A stretch of DNA of 64,000 nucleotides from Candidatus Eiseniibacteriota bacterium (lineage in GTDB: Bacteria > Eisenbacteria > RBG-16-71-46 > CAIMUX01 > VGJL01). Numbering within the stretch: the stretch's first letter is position 1; every line of letters starts with the position of its first letter. The stretch is taken from NCBI GenBank assembly GCA_963792585.1, contig CAWBWI010000001.1, positions 864,001 through 928,000 on the forward strand. The letters are read 5' to 3'. Both the position numbers and the translations under genes were made by a program. Under the pieces are notes generated by a model. The model had not been told where the DNA came from, did not search any database, and saw only the letters and a list, made by a program, of their open reading frames with translations. Shown here one piece after another: positions 1-8,864 of this stretch.

Positions 1-579
1 GAAAGATCCGCAAGGAGAGGTCGCGAAGCTCCACAGCGAGGTCCCCGCCGACGCGATCGCCCAGCTCTTCGAAGGTGACCGGCACGGTCGTGTCCGACAT
101 CCTCCTTCGTCGTGGGCGTGAAGATCGGCTCGGGAAGCCTGCCGTACTTCTCGATCCCGGGAGGCAGCGCGACGCCGACAACGCGTCCCGGTGTTCCGGT
201 ACTCGTCGATTGCCGAACCTGCGAGGTGCCCGCGGACCACGCACTCGACCGGCACCCGTGTCCGCCTTGCGGACCAGCACCCAGCGGTCCCGAACCGCCG
301 GGAGCAGCGACGCGAGGGGGCGGGGGAAAGTCGACCTCTTCGTCGGAGATGAAGTGCGTCGGCAGGAGCGGGGCAAAGCCCCGAAACCAATGACCGGAGA
401 TCCGGTTCAGTAGCTTTCCCTTCCCCGGTATCGGGTTGGGCAGGACGCAATCGAACGCGGAGATCCGATCCGTGGTCACGATCAGAAGATGATCTCCCAG
501 GTCACAGGATCTCCCGCACCTTCCCCTGGTATGTCGGGGACAGGCCATGTTCCGAAATCGAGAGGAATGGGCTTTCCAT
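1..579 (-). CDS. purC: SAICAR synthase, 5' part, runs off the window; about 4 apparent single-base frameshifts
   Basis: ATG at 579 with GGAG upstream. Motifs in shifting frames: YQGKVREI, LLIVTTDRISAFD..PIPGKG, PVECVVRGHLAGS, LPEPIFTPTTKEDVGHD. Confidence 0.9.
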
Positions 580-601
580 TGCGAATTCTCCGAAAGGGCT
601 C

Positions 602-2929
602 TTATAGCACAGGCTTCCAGACGCCACAACCGCCGCTACGAGACCAAAGATGGCCCGCGCGCCATCGAAGCGCAAGAACCCCTTCTCGGTCCGTGCGACG
701 CACCGTGGCTCCCGCGGCTTCCAGGCGGGCCACCGTGGCCGGTGCCGGATGCCCGTGCCGGTTTCGGGCGCCGCAGGAGATGAAGGCCAGGCGCGGGTGG
801 ACGGCGGCGATCCAGGCGGACCGGGACGATCCCGCGCTGCCGTGATGCCCGGCCACGAGAACGGCCGCTGCCTCGAAACCGGCGCGCGCGGCCAACGACT
901 CCTCTGCGGCATGCCCCAGGTCTCCCGGCAGGAGCAGAGCGCCTCCGACCGATTCGACGCGCAGCACGAGCGAGCCATCGTTGCCTGTGAAGTCGTCCCG
1001 CACCGCCGGTGGCCACAGGACCGAGAGATGCAGATCCCCCTCTCGGCGCGACCAACCCGCGCGCAGCGGACGCACCGGCGGGATTTTCCGCGAGGGCAGA
1101 GCGCGACGCGTCCCCGCCGTCGCGCTGAGATAAAGCGTGTCGACCGGAATCCCCGCGAGCAGGAGCCCACGCAGACCTCCGACATGGTCCTCATCCCCAT
1201 GCGAGAGGAAGACCCCCCTCAGCCTTCGGACGCCCTGCGCGCGCAGGCTGGGCGCCAGCGCGCGGCGGCCGCGCATCCCATCCGGTCCCCCGGGTCCCGT
1301 GTCGAAGAGATAGTCCGCGCCGGTATGGGAACGGATCAGCATCGCGTCGCCCTGCCCCACAGGAAAGATGACCGCCTCGGCCGAGGACGCGCGACGCGAG
1401 GCGATGAAGGTGGGCGCCGCACCGGTGACGAACAAGAGCGGGATCCCGAGACCGACCATCACCGCAGTCGCCCGCCCGGGACCGGGCGCCCGCCTCGCGA
1501 TCGCGAGAAGCCCGAGGAAGAGCAGACTTGCGATCACCCCTGTCGTCGGGCCGGGCGAGAAGCGCACGATCGTCGCCTCCCCCGCGGGAGTCATGAGCGC
1601 GAGGGGTCGCATCCAGCAGATCGCGAAGAGCCTCGTGGGTCCCCACGCGATGGCCTGCAATGTCACGCTGGAAGGATCTCCCCATGCAAGGCCCCAGAGG
1701 ATCGAGATCAACACCGGTGTGAACGCAGGAATCCCGATCAGGTTCGCGACCACCGACAGCGGCGCCGTTTCGCCGAAATGAGCCCAGAGAATCCCGGAGG
1801 TGGCGGCCGTGGCCGCGTAGGAGGAACCGATCGGATCCCATCGCCGGGGAAGTCGGGGGCGCAGCAAGAGCGCCGCCGTCGCGCCAAAGGAGAGTTGCAT
1901 CCCCGGAGATGCGACTTCCCCGGGCGTCGCGACCACGACGGCCAGCAGTGCGGTCCACCATGCGGCCCCCATCCCGCCGGGCCGTCCAATCGCACGACCC
2001 ATCAGGATGCAGCCCGCCATGATCGCCGATCGCACCACGGACGGCATGGGACCCACGAGCGCCGTGTAGCCGAAGAGACCCGCCAGCGAGAGGCACACGC
2101 GCGGACCCGGTCGGCGCACCACGAGGCGGAGCGCGAACTCGACGAGCAGTGCGATCAAGCTCACGTGCAGCCCGGAGATCGCCACCAGGTGCATCGTGCC
2201 GGTCGCGCGAAAGACACGGAGGATCTCCGGATCGGTCTCGTCCGATTCGCCCCAGACGAGCATCGGGATCAGGGAGCGAAGGGGCGGCGGTAGGGACCGG
2301 CCCACCCGCGCCCGCAAGCCCGCCCGCGTGCGCTCCTTCCACACGTTGCCCCGCGCGCCCGCCGGCCACCCGTCCTCCACATCGATCCACCCCCGCAGAC
2401 CCGCGAGGCGCCGGCGGTAGGACGGATCGCTGAGGCCGGGCATCCGCGGCTCCCACGTCGGCACGATGAAGCCGCGCCCGACGAACGGTCCGTCCCCGAG
2501 GTCGTCGACGCCCCTGGCCAGGAACGAACCGGAAATTGGCCGCCAGCAACCCTCGCGCGCGATCTCGAGCCTCCGGGCGATCGGCGATCCGCCGCCGCTG
2601 GAGATCACTCCCCTGAGCGGGATGGCAGGAAGACCCATGGGCAGCCCGCGGACGGACACACGGGGCGCTCCCCAGCCGTGTCCCAGGACGAGGAGGAGGC
2701 AGAGGATCAGTGGATCGCGCGCGAGCCTTCCGCGTCGAAGGACCGACGCCATGACCGCCGCCCCCCAGACGACCGGACCCACGAGCGCAAACGCCGGCGC
2801 GACCGCCTCACCACGCAGCCGGGCCAGCAGGAATGCGCCGCCGAAGGCGAGACAGACCGGAGCGATCCCCGGCCAGGCCGCCCCCGCGCGAGCCTCCGCC
2901 GACAACGGAAACCGAGCCGTTCGCCCCAC
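602..2929 (-). CDS. comEC: ComEC/Rec2 DNA internalization competence protein
   Basis: TGTMHLVAISGLHV competence motif, many TM helices, C-terminal metallo-beta-lactamase domain (VGQGDA, SHGDEDHVGG, GHHGS). Start uncertain. Confidence 0.92.
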   Translation of the reverse strand: MGRTARFPLSAEARAGAAWPGIAPVCLAFGGAFLLARLRGEAVAPAFALVGPVVWGAAVMASVLRRGRLARDPLILCLLLVLGHGWGAPRVSVRGLPMGLPAIPLRGVISSGGGSPIARRLEIAREGCWRPISGSFLARGVDDLGDGPFVGRGFIVPTWEPRMPGLSDPSYRRRLAGLRGWIDVEDGWPAGARGNVWKERTRAGLRARVGRSLPPPLRSLIPMLVWGESDETDPEILRVFRATGTMHLVAISGLHVSLIALLVEFALRLVVRRPGPRVCLSLAGLFGYTALVGPMPSVVRSAIMAGCILMGRAIGRPGGMGAAWWTALLAVVVATPGEVASPGMQLSFGATAALLLRPRLPRRWDPIGSSYAATAATSGILWAHFGETAPLSVVANLIGIPAFTPVLISILWGLAWGDPSSVTLQAIAWGPTRLFAICWMRPLALMTPAGEATIVRFSPGPTTGVIASLLFLGLLAIARRAPGPGRATAVMVGLGIPLLFVTGAAPTFIASRRASSAEAVIFPVGQGDAMLIRSHTGADYLFDTGPGGPDGMRGRRALAPSLRAQGVRRLRGVFLSHGDEDHVGGLRGLLLAGIPVDTLYLSATAGTRRALPSRKIPPVRPLRAGWSRREGDLHLSVLWPPAVRDDFTGNDGSLVLRVESVGGALLLPGDLGHAAEESLAARAGFEAAAVLVAGHHGSAGSSRSAWIAAVHPRLAFISCGARNRHGHPAPATVARLEAAGATVRRTDREGVLALRWRAGHLWSRSGGCGVWKPVL

Positions 2930-3032
2930 GCGGAGGTCGGCAGCACGGCGCGTGCCGAACCCCGGAACGGAACGACCCGGACCGCTCGTGCGATCCGGGT
3001 CGTATCGTCGATCCCCGCGGGCCGCTACGCGG

Positions 3033-4847
3033 CTATTCGACCAGGATCATCTTTCTCGTCGCCGTGTCGGCTCCGGTGCGCACGGTGTAGAAATACAAAC
3101 CCGTCGCGACGGTATGGCCGGTGTCATCGTCGCCGAACCAGTTGACCTCGTGTTCTCCGGCCGCGAGGCCGCGGTCGATCAGTTTGCGAACGTGACGCCC
3201 CGACGCGTCGAATACGTCCACCTGAACATGTCCCGGGGCCGAGATCGCGTACTTGATCGTGGTGCGCGGGTTGAACGGATTCGGGCTGTTCTGGTCCAGC
3301 CGAATCACGCGCACAGGCCGGTTCAGATCGGCGACATCCGAGACGGTGCTCGTCACGGCGTCGAAAACGAAATCCTTGCCGGAGGATCCGCAGGCCCGCT
3401 TCATGGGGATTCCCATGAGGAGGTAGTCGGTGGTGGCGTTCATCTGGTCCCACTGATGGACCTCGAAGACCGCGTGACCTGCCGCATCCAGCGGAATCTC
3501 GTACTCCGTCCACGTTGTCCCGAGCTTCCGGGAGAACTCGATGACGTGGCCGTAATCACAGGCGTTGAGTACGTCGACGGTGATCGTCAGCTTGTTGTCC
3601 GAGGATCCCGTCTGCTTCCGGAAGCGCGTGACGTTCGTGCCGTGGCCCTGCGGCATCTTCGTGGCCGCCGGATGCTTGTCCAGCTGGGGGTAGGTGTTGA
3701 GGTCGTTGTCCGGGTTCATGGTGACGTGATAGTCGGGCCCCTCGATGTAGTGAGCCCCATCGTCACGGGTGAACGTGTACATGTTCCAGCGGGCCCACTC
3801 GGCGACCGCCGTGTCGTAGTTCCTGCCCGTGCCGTAGGCCGCAAGCTGGTTGTCCATGACCGTGTTGAGGTTCGTGTTGTCGGCAAACTCCACCCAGATG
3901 TCCCGGACGAGCGAATGGCCCCACCGCTCCTTCAGATAGGTCGGCCAGAGGAAACAGGCGTATTCGAAGCAGCCGTCCGCCGTCTGCAGGCGCGTCCACG
4001 GCTTGGCGAAGTAGCAGTTCAAGTAGTTGTAGTTGTCATTGATGCTGTCGTAGACCTCGTCCTCCATGAACGTCGAAGTGTTCTCCATGAACCAGCTCGC
4101 GCCGCTTGCGTTCAGGCCCATCTGGACGACGTGGTGGTATTCGTGGGCGACGGTCACCTTCATCGGCAGGGTCCGGTCCGCGTATCCGAATCCGGCGTAG
4201 TCGTTGTCGATGACGAAGTAGGCGGTGTAGTCGTTCGGATGACCGCCTCCGACTGCGCTCTCCGAATAGGTGACCCCATACACGCCGGAGAGGTTGTCAA
4301 CGTAGCAGTCGATCAGATTGCTGCCCCCTCCTGAACTTCCGTCCGACGGGGGCGTCGGCCACCCTTGCGTGGTGTGGAAGAAGGACCAGCTCGCCTCGCA
4401 CGAGGCGACCACGGCATCCCGGTAGGTCGTGTCCGGCCAGTTGTAGATGATGTTTCCGCCGGAGGTCGAATAGTGGACCCGGAAGTGAGCGGTATCGATG
4501 AAGGCGCCGAGCGTCGGTCGCACGAAGAAAGCTTCACCCTCGAGGCGCACGCCATCCGGCATCGTCGCGAGTTGCTCACGGATCTCGGAAATCACAGGGG
4601 TTGCGCACTTGAGGGGAATCGACGTCTCGAGCCGGAATTCCTCCGGGAGTTTCGGCGAGTTGTAGATCGCATAGAGCTTGTACAGCAACGCCTGCGGCGC
4701 GCTGATTCGTCCACCTTCCTGCGCACTCTCGATGGCAGCGAGGGTCGGACTGGCCTGCTGCGACTCCTCGGCAAGCCCCATGGCCATGGAGGGCGTGAGC
4801 AACAGACCGATGAGCGCGATGGTGAACAGCGCCTGGAGAACCTTCAT
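3033..4847 (-). CDS. Secreted HExxH metalloprotease-like protein (MXAN_6640-like) with C-terminal FlgD-Ig/T9SS-like sorting domain
   Basis: Signal peptide MKVLQALFTIALIGLLL, AHEYHH plus downstream WFME, C-terminal QNSPNPFNPRTTI...GLYFY...TRKMILVE; GAGGAGG SD. Confidence 0.8.
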   Translation of the reverse strand: MKVLQALFTIALIGLLLTPSMAMGLAEESQQASPTLAAIESAQEGGRISAPQALLYKLYAIYNSPKLPEEFRLETSIPLKCATPVISEIREQLATMPDGVRLEGEAFFVRPTLGAFIDTAHFRVHYSTSGGNIIYNWPDTTYRDAVVASCEASWSFFHTTQGWPTPPSDGSSGGGSNLIDCYVDNLSGVYGVTYSESAVGGGHPNDYTAYFVIDNDYAGFGYADRTLPMKVTVAHEYHHVVQMGLNASGASWFMENTSTFMEDEVYDSINDNYNYLNCYFAKPWTRLQTADGCFEYACFLWPTYLKERWGHSLVRDIWVEFADNTNLNTVMDNQLAAYGTGRNYDTAVAEWARWNMYTFTRDDGAHYIEGPDYHVTMNPDNDLNTYPQLDKHPAATKMPQGHGTNVTRFRKQTGSSDNKLTITVDVLNACDYGHVIEFSRKLGTTWTEYEIPLDAAGHAVFEVHQWDQMNATTDYLLMGIPMKRACGSSGKDFVFDAVTSTVSDVADLNRPVRVIRLDQNSPNPFNPRTTIKYAISAPGHVQVDVFDASGRHVRKLIDRGLAAGEHEVNWFGDDDTGHTVATGLYFYTVRTGADTATRKMILVE

Positions 4848-4925
4848 CGCCTGGACCTCCTCGCACCAAGGCAACCGGATACACGTACGCCCCTGTGGGA
4901 GGACAGAGGCGGCACAACTGCTGTA

Positions 4926-4954
4926 AGTATAGACCACTCGGGAGGTTCAGTCAA
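4926..4954 (-). promoter_or_regulatory. Sigma70-type promoter for the 3033-4847 gene
   Basis: Minus strand TTGACT-N17-TATACT. Confidence 0.7.
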
Positions 4955-5003
4955 TGTGGCGAGGGCGGGGGACGGGGGGAGAGGCGCACGCGGAACTGCT
5001 TCA

Positions 5004-5028
5004 CGGGGGCCGGGTTGGCCGGCCCCCG
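5004..5028 (-). terminator. GC hairpin after the PEGA gene
   Basis: 10-bp stem CGGGGGCCGG/CCGGCCCCCG with 5-nt loop just past the stop; no U-tract. Confidence 0.4.
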
Positions 5029-5035
5029 CACAGTC

Positions 5036-7201
5036 TCAACGATACCCTGCCTGACTGATCGCGTTCGTCGCCCGAAACCGGAAGAGCTCCGAACAGAGCG
5101 TCTCGCCCGAGGCCGTCTGGACGGTGAAGTAGTAGGCGACCGCCCGGTCGAGGGGAACCCACTGCGGATCGATCATCCCCACGAAGGCCCCTTCCTCGTC
5201 GCCGACGGGCGAAAGCGGAATGTCCCGAACGGATGCGTTGAGCTCCGGTAGATGGAGACGCGGGTTTCGAGGCGGAGATCCGTCGGGCGTCTCTATCTTG
5301 AGGGTCAGCAGAACGGGTCCGCGCACGTAGATCATGCCGGGATCCTGGTGCCGAATCCTCGGCCAGCTTCCCATGCCGAAACGCGGGGCGACGACCCGAC
5401 TGCTCCCTGCCGCGAGGTCGGCGATCTCGGTCCAGACCTGACCCTGCGCGTTGTGAACGCGGACACCATGGAGCCCCGGCACGACCTCGGCTTCATAGGG
5501 CGTCCTGCCGACGAACCGGCCGTCGATGTACGCGCTGTCCCCGGCACTCTCACGCAGACCTTCGCCGCTCCTGTACTCCCACGACTCGATCTTCAGCAGA
5601 GCGCGATTGGTCGCGAATGCATTGTTGATTCGCACGCGACTCGTTTCCCCCGCGCGGACGAGAACGGAGCGTTCCCAGAGGGGCAGACGATCGTCCTCGT
5701 AGAAGACCTCATGCCATCCGACCGGAAGGCTGTCGATGCGACACGGAACGCCCGTCCTGGGCGCCCCGCCAAGCCACACCTGCGCGCCCGGGCGCACGTC
5801 CATGGCCGCGACCTCGAGCGCGCCCGTGGCCTTTGGCCTCAGGTCGGTCGTTTCGCCTGCGCGCACCCGGACCCGCTCCTCGATCGCTCCAAACGCTCCC
5901 AGATCGAGGCGGACGCGGTGGGTCCCGGCGGCGAGTCCGTCGAGGAGGGCCGGGGTGCCGGTCCCCTGGTCCAATCCGTCGATGAAGATGGCCCGCGCCG
6001 GCGGGCTCGACTCGATCCGAAGGGCGCCCCCCTCGGCAACCGCACCGCCGCCGCGAAGCATGCGGAGACCGCGCGGGACCCCGGCGACCGCGATGACGGC
6101 AAGAATGACGGCTCCCACCGCGATGGGCCACCGCCCCTTCAGAACGCGCCCACGGCGCGTGAAGGAGGGAGGCAGAATCGCCTGCGGCTCCGGATCCGTT
6201 TCCTCTTCCCTTTCGGGAGGCACCTGCGCGGCAACCTCGATCGGGGCTTCCGGGGAGGGAGCGGCCGCGTCCGCCGACGGTGGTTCGATATCGGCGGGAA
6301 CGTGGACGGGAGAGGGAACGGGAACAGGAACGGGAGAGGGCGCACGAGCCTCGTCGCGCAGGAACGAGGGCAGATCCATCTCGGGCATGCCGTAGTCCCC
6401 CGCCGGCGCGTCGCCCCCTTGTGCCTCGACGCTCTCTTGGGCTCGATCGGCGAGATCCCGCCTCAAGGCCCGCTCGAGTTCCTCCATCAGACCGAAATCG
6501 TGCGGCGTGGGGGACGATCCGACGGGCACGAAGCGGACTGCGGCCGCACCCGCCCCGTCCGCTTCCGAGCGGAACAGATTGACGAGACCGTCGCATGCCC
6601 TCTTGAGATCCTGTGTTTGCTCGAACACGCGGGCCACGGCGCGTCGATCCGGCTCCTGACCCGCCGCCGCCGCGAGCAGCACCACGACATCGTTTGCCTG
6701 CACCTGGAGAGAAGTGACGGCGAGACTGAGCTTTTCCGCCCCCCCGAGTCCTGCATGCTCCGCGGCATCCGCGGGACCCACGCAGGCCGGAATCGCCTGA
6801 CCTTCTCGCACCAGAAAGACCCAGCAGGGAATCCCCTTGATGAAGTAGACGCGGTCTTCCTCCACGAGCATCAGGACGATGCGCGCCCCGCGAACGGGTT
6901 GACGCCCCGATCGATTCTCTCGGTAGAGGCGGACGTGGGCTTGCCGGAGTCGCTCGAGCGCCACGCGTACGCGAAGCGGCAGGGTCGACGCGCCCGCATC
7001 CCCGTCCGATCCGTTTGCGCCGCGATCGATTCCCGCCAGCCTGGGCTCGATGAAGCGCTCGAATGTGTCCCTAGGTTGGGCCCAGGACACGCAAGACAGA
7101 ACCTGACCTGGATCGACCCAGGCCACGGTCCCGGCGCCCTCGATTTCCGAGGTCGCCATTTCGATCCGCATTGGAAGCGGCTGCTCCGACCGCTGGGTCA
7201 T
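5036..7201 (-). CDS. PEGA-domain membrane protein with degenerate PP2C-like N-terminus and Pro-rich linker
   Basis: Single TM (WPIAVGAVILAVIAVAGV), PEGA repeats (IESSPPARAIFIDG..GTGTP; AYIDGRFVGRTP...PGLHGVRV). Confidence 0.7.
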   Translation of the reverse strand: MTQRSEQPLPMRIEMATSEIEGAGTVAWVDPGQVLSCVSWAQPRDTFERFIEPRLAGIDRGANGSDGDAGASTLPLRVRVALERLRQAHVRLYRENRSGRQPVRGARIVLMLVEEDRVYFIKGIPCWVFLVREGQAIPACVGPADAAEHAGLGGAEKLSLAVTSLQVQANDVVVLLAAAAGQEPDRRAVARVFEQTQDLKRACDGLVNLFRSEADGAGAAAVRFVPVGSSPTPHDFGLMEELERALRRDLADRAQESVEAQGGDAPAGDYGMPEMDLPSFLRDEARAPSPVPVPVPSPVHVPADIEPPSADAAAPSPEAPIEVAAQVPPEREEETDPEPQAILPPSFTRRGRVLKGRWPIAVGAVILAVIAVAGVPRGLRMLRGGGAVAEGGALRIESSPPARAIFIDGLDQGTGTPALLDGLAAGTHRVRLDLGAFGAIEERVRVRAGETTDLRPKATGALEVAAMDVRPGAQVWLGGAPRTGVPCRIDSLPVGWHEVFYEDDRLPLWERSVLVRAGETSRVRINNAFATNRALLKIESWEYRSGEGLRESAGDSAYIDGRFVGRTPYEAEVVPGLHGVRVHNAQGQVWTEIADLAAGSSRVVAPRFGMGSWPRIRHQDPGMIYVRGPVLLTLKIETPDGSPPRNPRLHLPELNASVRDIPLSPVGDEEGAFVGMIDPQWVPLDRAVAYYFTVQTASGETLCSELFRFRATNAISQAGYR

Positions 7202-7319
7202 CTTCCACACCTCCGGTATGGGGGACCTCCCCCGCCCTAGAGATCGGCAGACCGGACGCGGAGCAACATAGAGAATCTCGGCCCACGACGCGGGCCTGTT
7301 CGTGGGAAATCGGTGACCG

Positions 7320-8327
7320 CTAGAAGCGGACGGAGGCTGACACCCGGTGGGTGTCCCCGAGATCGTCGTGCGGTAGGAAGGCGTAGTCGGCCCCGAAGCC
7401 GCGGTAGCGCAATCCCCCACCGGCGGTCCACGTCCCGGCATCTGTCCCCACGCGGAGGGCCACGGCGCGCGCATACCAGTACTCGAGCCCGCCCTGGAAA
7501 TCGCCGCCAACGGTGCCGCCGCCGAATTGGCTCGCCGCCTCGCGTCCCTCGAATGTCGACGCGAGGTCGGCCGCGAAGGTGATTTCGCTTCGCAGTCCGG
7601 AGAGGGCGCGACTCCATCGAGCGCCGACCGTGAGACTTGGATCGACGACCTCCCGGGTGCCCGTGTCCCACGAAATCTGGGTCGTGGTGATGTCGGCGAG
7701 GCGGACCCCCAAGGTCAGGGCAGGATCAGGGCGGAACATGAGTCCGAGATCGGCGCCCATGCCGAAGCTCGTGTTCTTCACCAGCGCCTGGCGAAGGACC
7801 TTGAGATTCCCCCCCACGCTCCAGAGATCGCCGACCCGCCGGGCATAGGTGAACAGGAAGCCCCACTCGGAGTCGCTCTCCCTGCGGAACAGCGCGGGGT
7901 CGACTTCGCCGGGGTCGACACGGTCATTGTGGTTCCGGTCGGTCCACGCGTCCCGCGTCATCAGGATGTCGTCGACCCCGTAGCGAATCGCGGCGAATCC
8001 GATCGTGCCCGTGCTCCCAGCGATCAGAGGTTGGACATAGCCGAAGTAGTCGTGGTTGGCGAGGCTCCCGAACTGCTCCGCGTGCATGAAGAGCATCTCG
8101 GGCCGGCTCATGGAAGCCAGTCCTGCAGGATTCCAGTAGGCAGCGCTCGCGTCATCGGCGATCGCCGTGAAGGCTCCGCCCATTCCCAGGGCGCGGGCCC
8201 CTACGCCGATGCGAAGAAACTCCGCGGCGTATTTGGTTCCTTGGGATGGAGTTGCACAGAGGATGGCCAAGAGCGCGCCAAACATGACCGGTAGGAAGAC
8301 CGACCGTCCCTTGCGAATTGCCGGCAC
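7320..8327 (-). CDS. PorV/PorQ-family outer membrane beta-barrel (T9SS PorV-like)
   Basis: FLRIGVGARALGMGGAFTAIADDASAAYWNPAGL signature, C-terminal aromatic residue (VSASVRF). Confidence 0.85.
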   Translation of the reverse strand: MPAIRKGRSVFLPVMFGALLAILCATPSQGTKYAAEFLRIGVGARALGMGGAFTAIADDASAAYWNPAGLASMSRPEMLFMHAEQFGSLANHDYFGYVQPLIAGSTGTIGFAAIRYGVDDILMTRDAWTDRNHNDRVDPGEVDPALFRRESDSEWGFLFTYARRVGDLWSVGGNLKVLRQALVKNTSFGMGADLGLMFRPDPALTLGVRLADITTTQISWDTGTREVVDPSLTVGARWSRALSGLRSEITFAADLASTFEGREAASQFGGGTVGGDFQGGLEYWYARAVALRVGTDAGTWTAGGGLRYRGFGADYAFLPHDDLGDTHRVSASVRF

Positions 8328-8378
8328 CCGAACCTCCCGCGTGTGGAATCCGACCTCAGGTCCGCGACCGATGACTGT

Positions 8379-8403
8379 AACGCAGCCTAAGGGAACCGGT
8401 TCC
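8379..8403 (-). promoter_or_regulatory. Putative ECF-sigma promoter upstream of the porV-like gene
   Basis: Minus strand GGAAC-N16-CGTT; the -35 lies within the palindrome GGAACCGGTTCC. Confidence 0.35.
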
Positions 8404-8471
8404 GCAGCGTCAATTTGGATTCCGACGCCTTCGCACGAAGGCGATGTCGATCGTTGACCCCGTCCCGCCGC

Positions 8472-8864
8472 CTACCCCTGCGCCTCCTCCGAATCCGTCG
8501 GGGCCATGACGGCCTCGTGCCAAGACACGTAGCGTTCGATCGTGTCGTGGGTCGCCGGGCTCAGGCCGACGAACGCGGCGGCCATCCCCCAGCCATGGTG
8601 AGGCTCGCGACGCTTCTCGCATCGCACGACCACCGCCTCGCACCCGATCGAAGAGGCGGGATCGTCCCCAAATGCGGGGAATTCGAAGCGGAGGGCGAGC
8701 TTCGTCAAGGGCTGGATCGGGTGATCCATCCAGCAGGAGAATCCGCCTGCGCTGAAATCCGCCGTCTCGATCCGGGTCGAGGAACCCGGATCCCCGAACT
8801 CGCTGACGATCCGAATTGGCGCCCGCTTGTGGCGGCGTCGATCGGTGTTCCCATCCCATTTCAT
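8472..8864 (-). CDS. Stand-alone PilZ domain protein (c-di-GMP receptor)
   Basis: RRHKR (RxxxR) and DFSAGG (DxSxxG) motifs. Confidence 0.85.
   Translation of the reverse strand: MKWDGNTDRRRHKRAPIRIVSEFGDPGSSTRIETADFSAGGFSCWMDHPIQPLTKLALRFEFPAFGDDPASSIGCEAVVVRCEKRREPHHGWGMAAAFVGLSPATHDTIERYVSWHEAVMAPTDSEEAQG

Noticed and set aside
2972..3003. 10-bp hairpin between comEC and the upstream gene as an ncRNA or repeat
   Set aside because: Single copy, most simply a terminator-like stem, with no family features.
6302..6340. Short tandem GGGAAC-like repeats
   Set aside because: They encode the PVPVPV linker of the PEGA protein.
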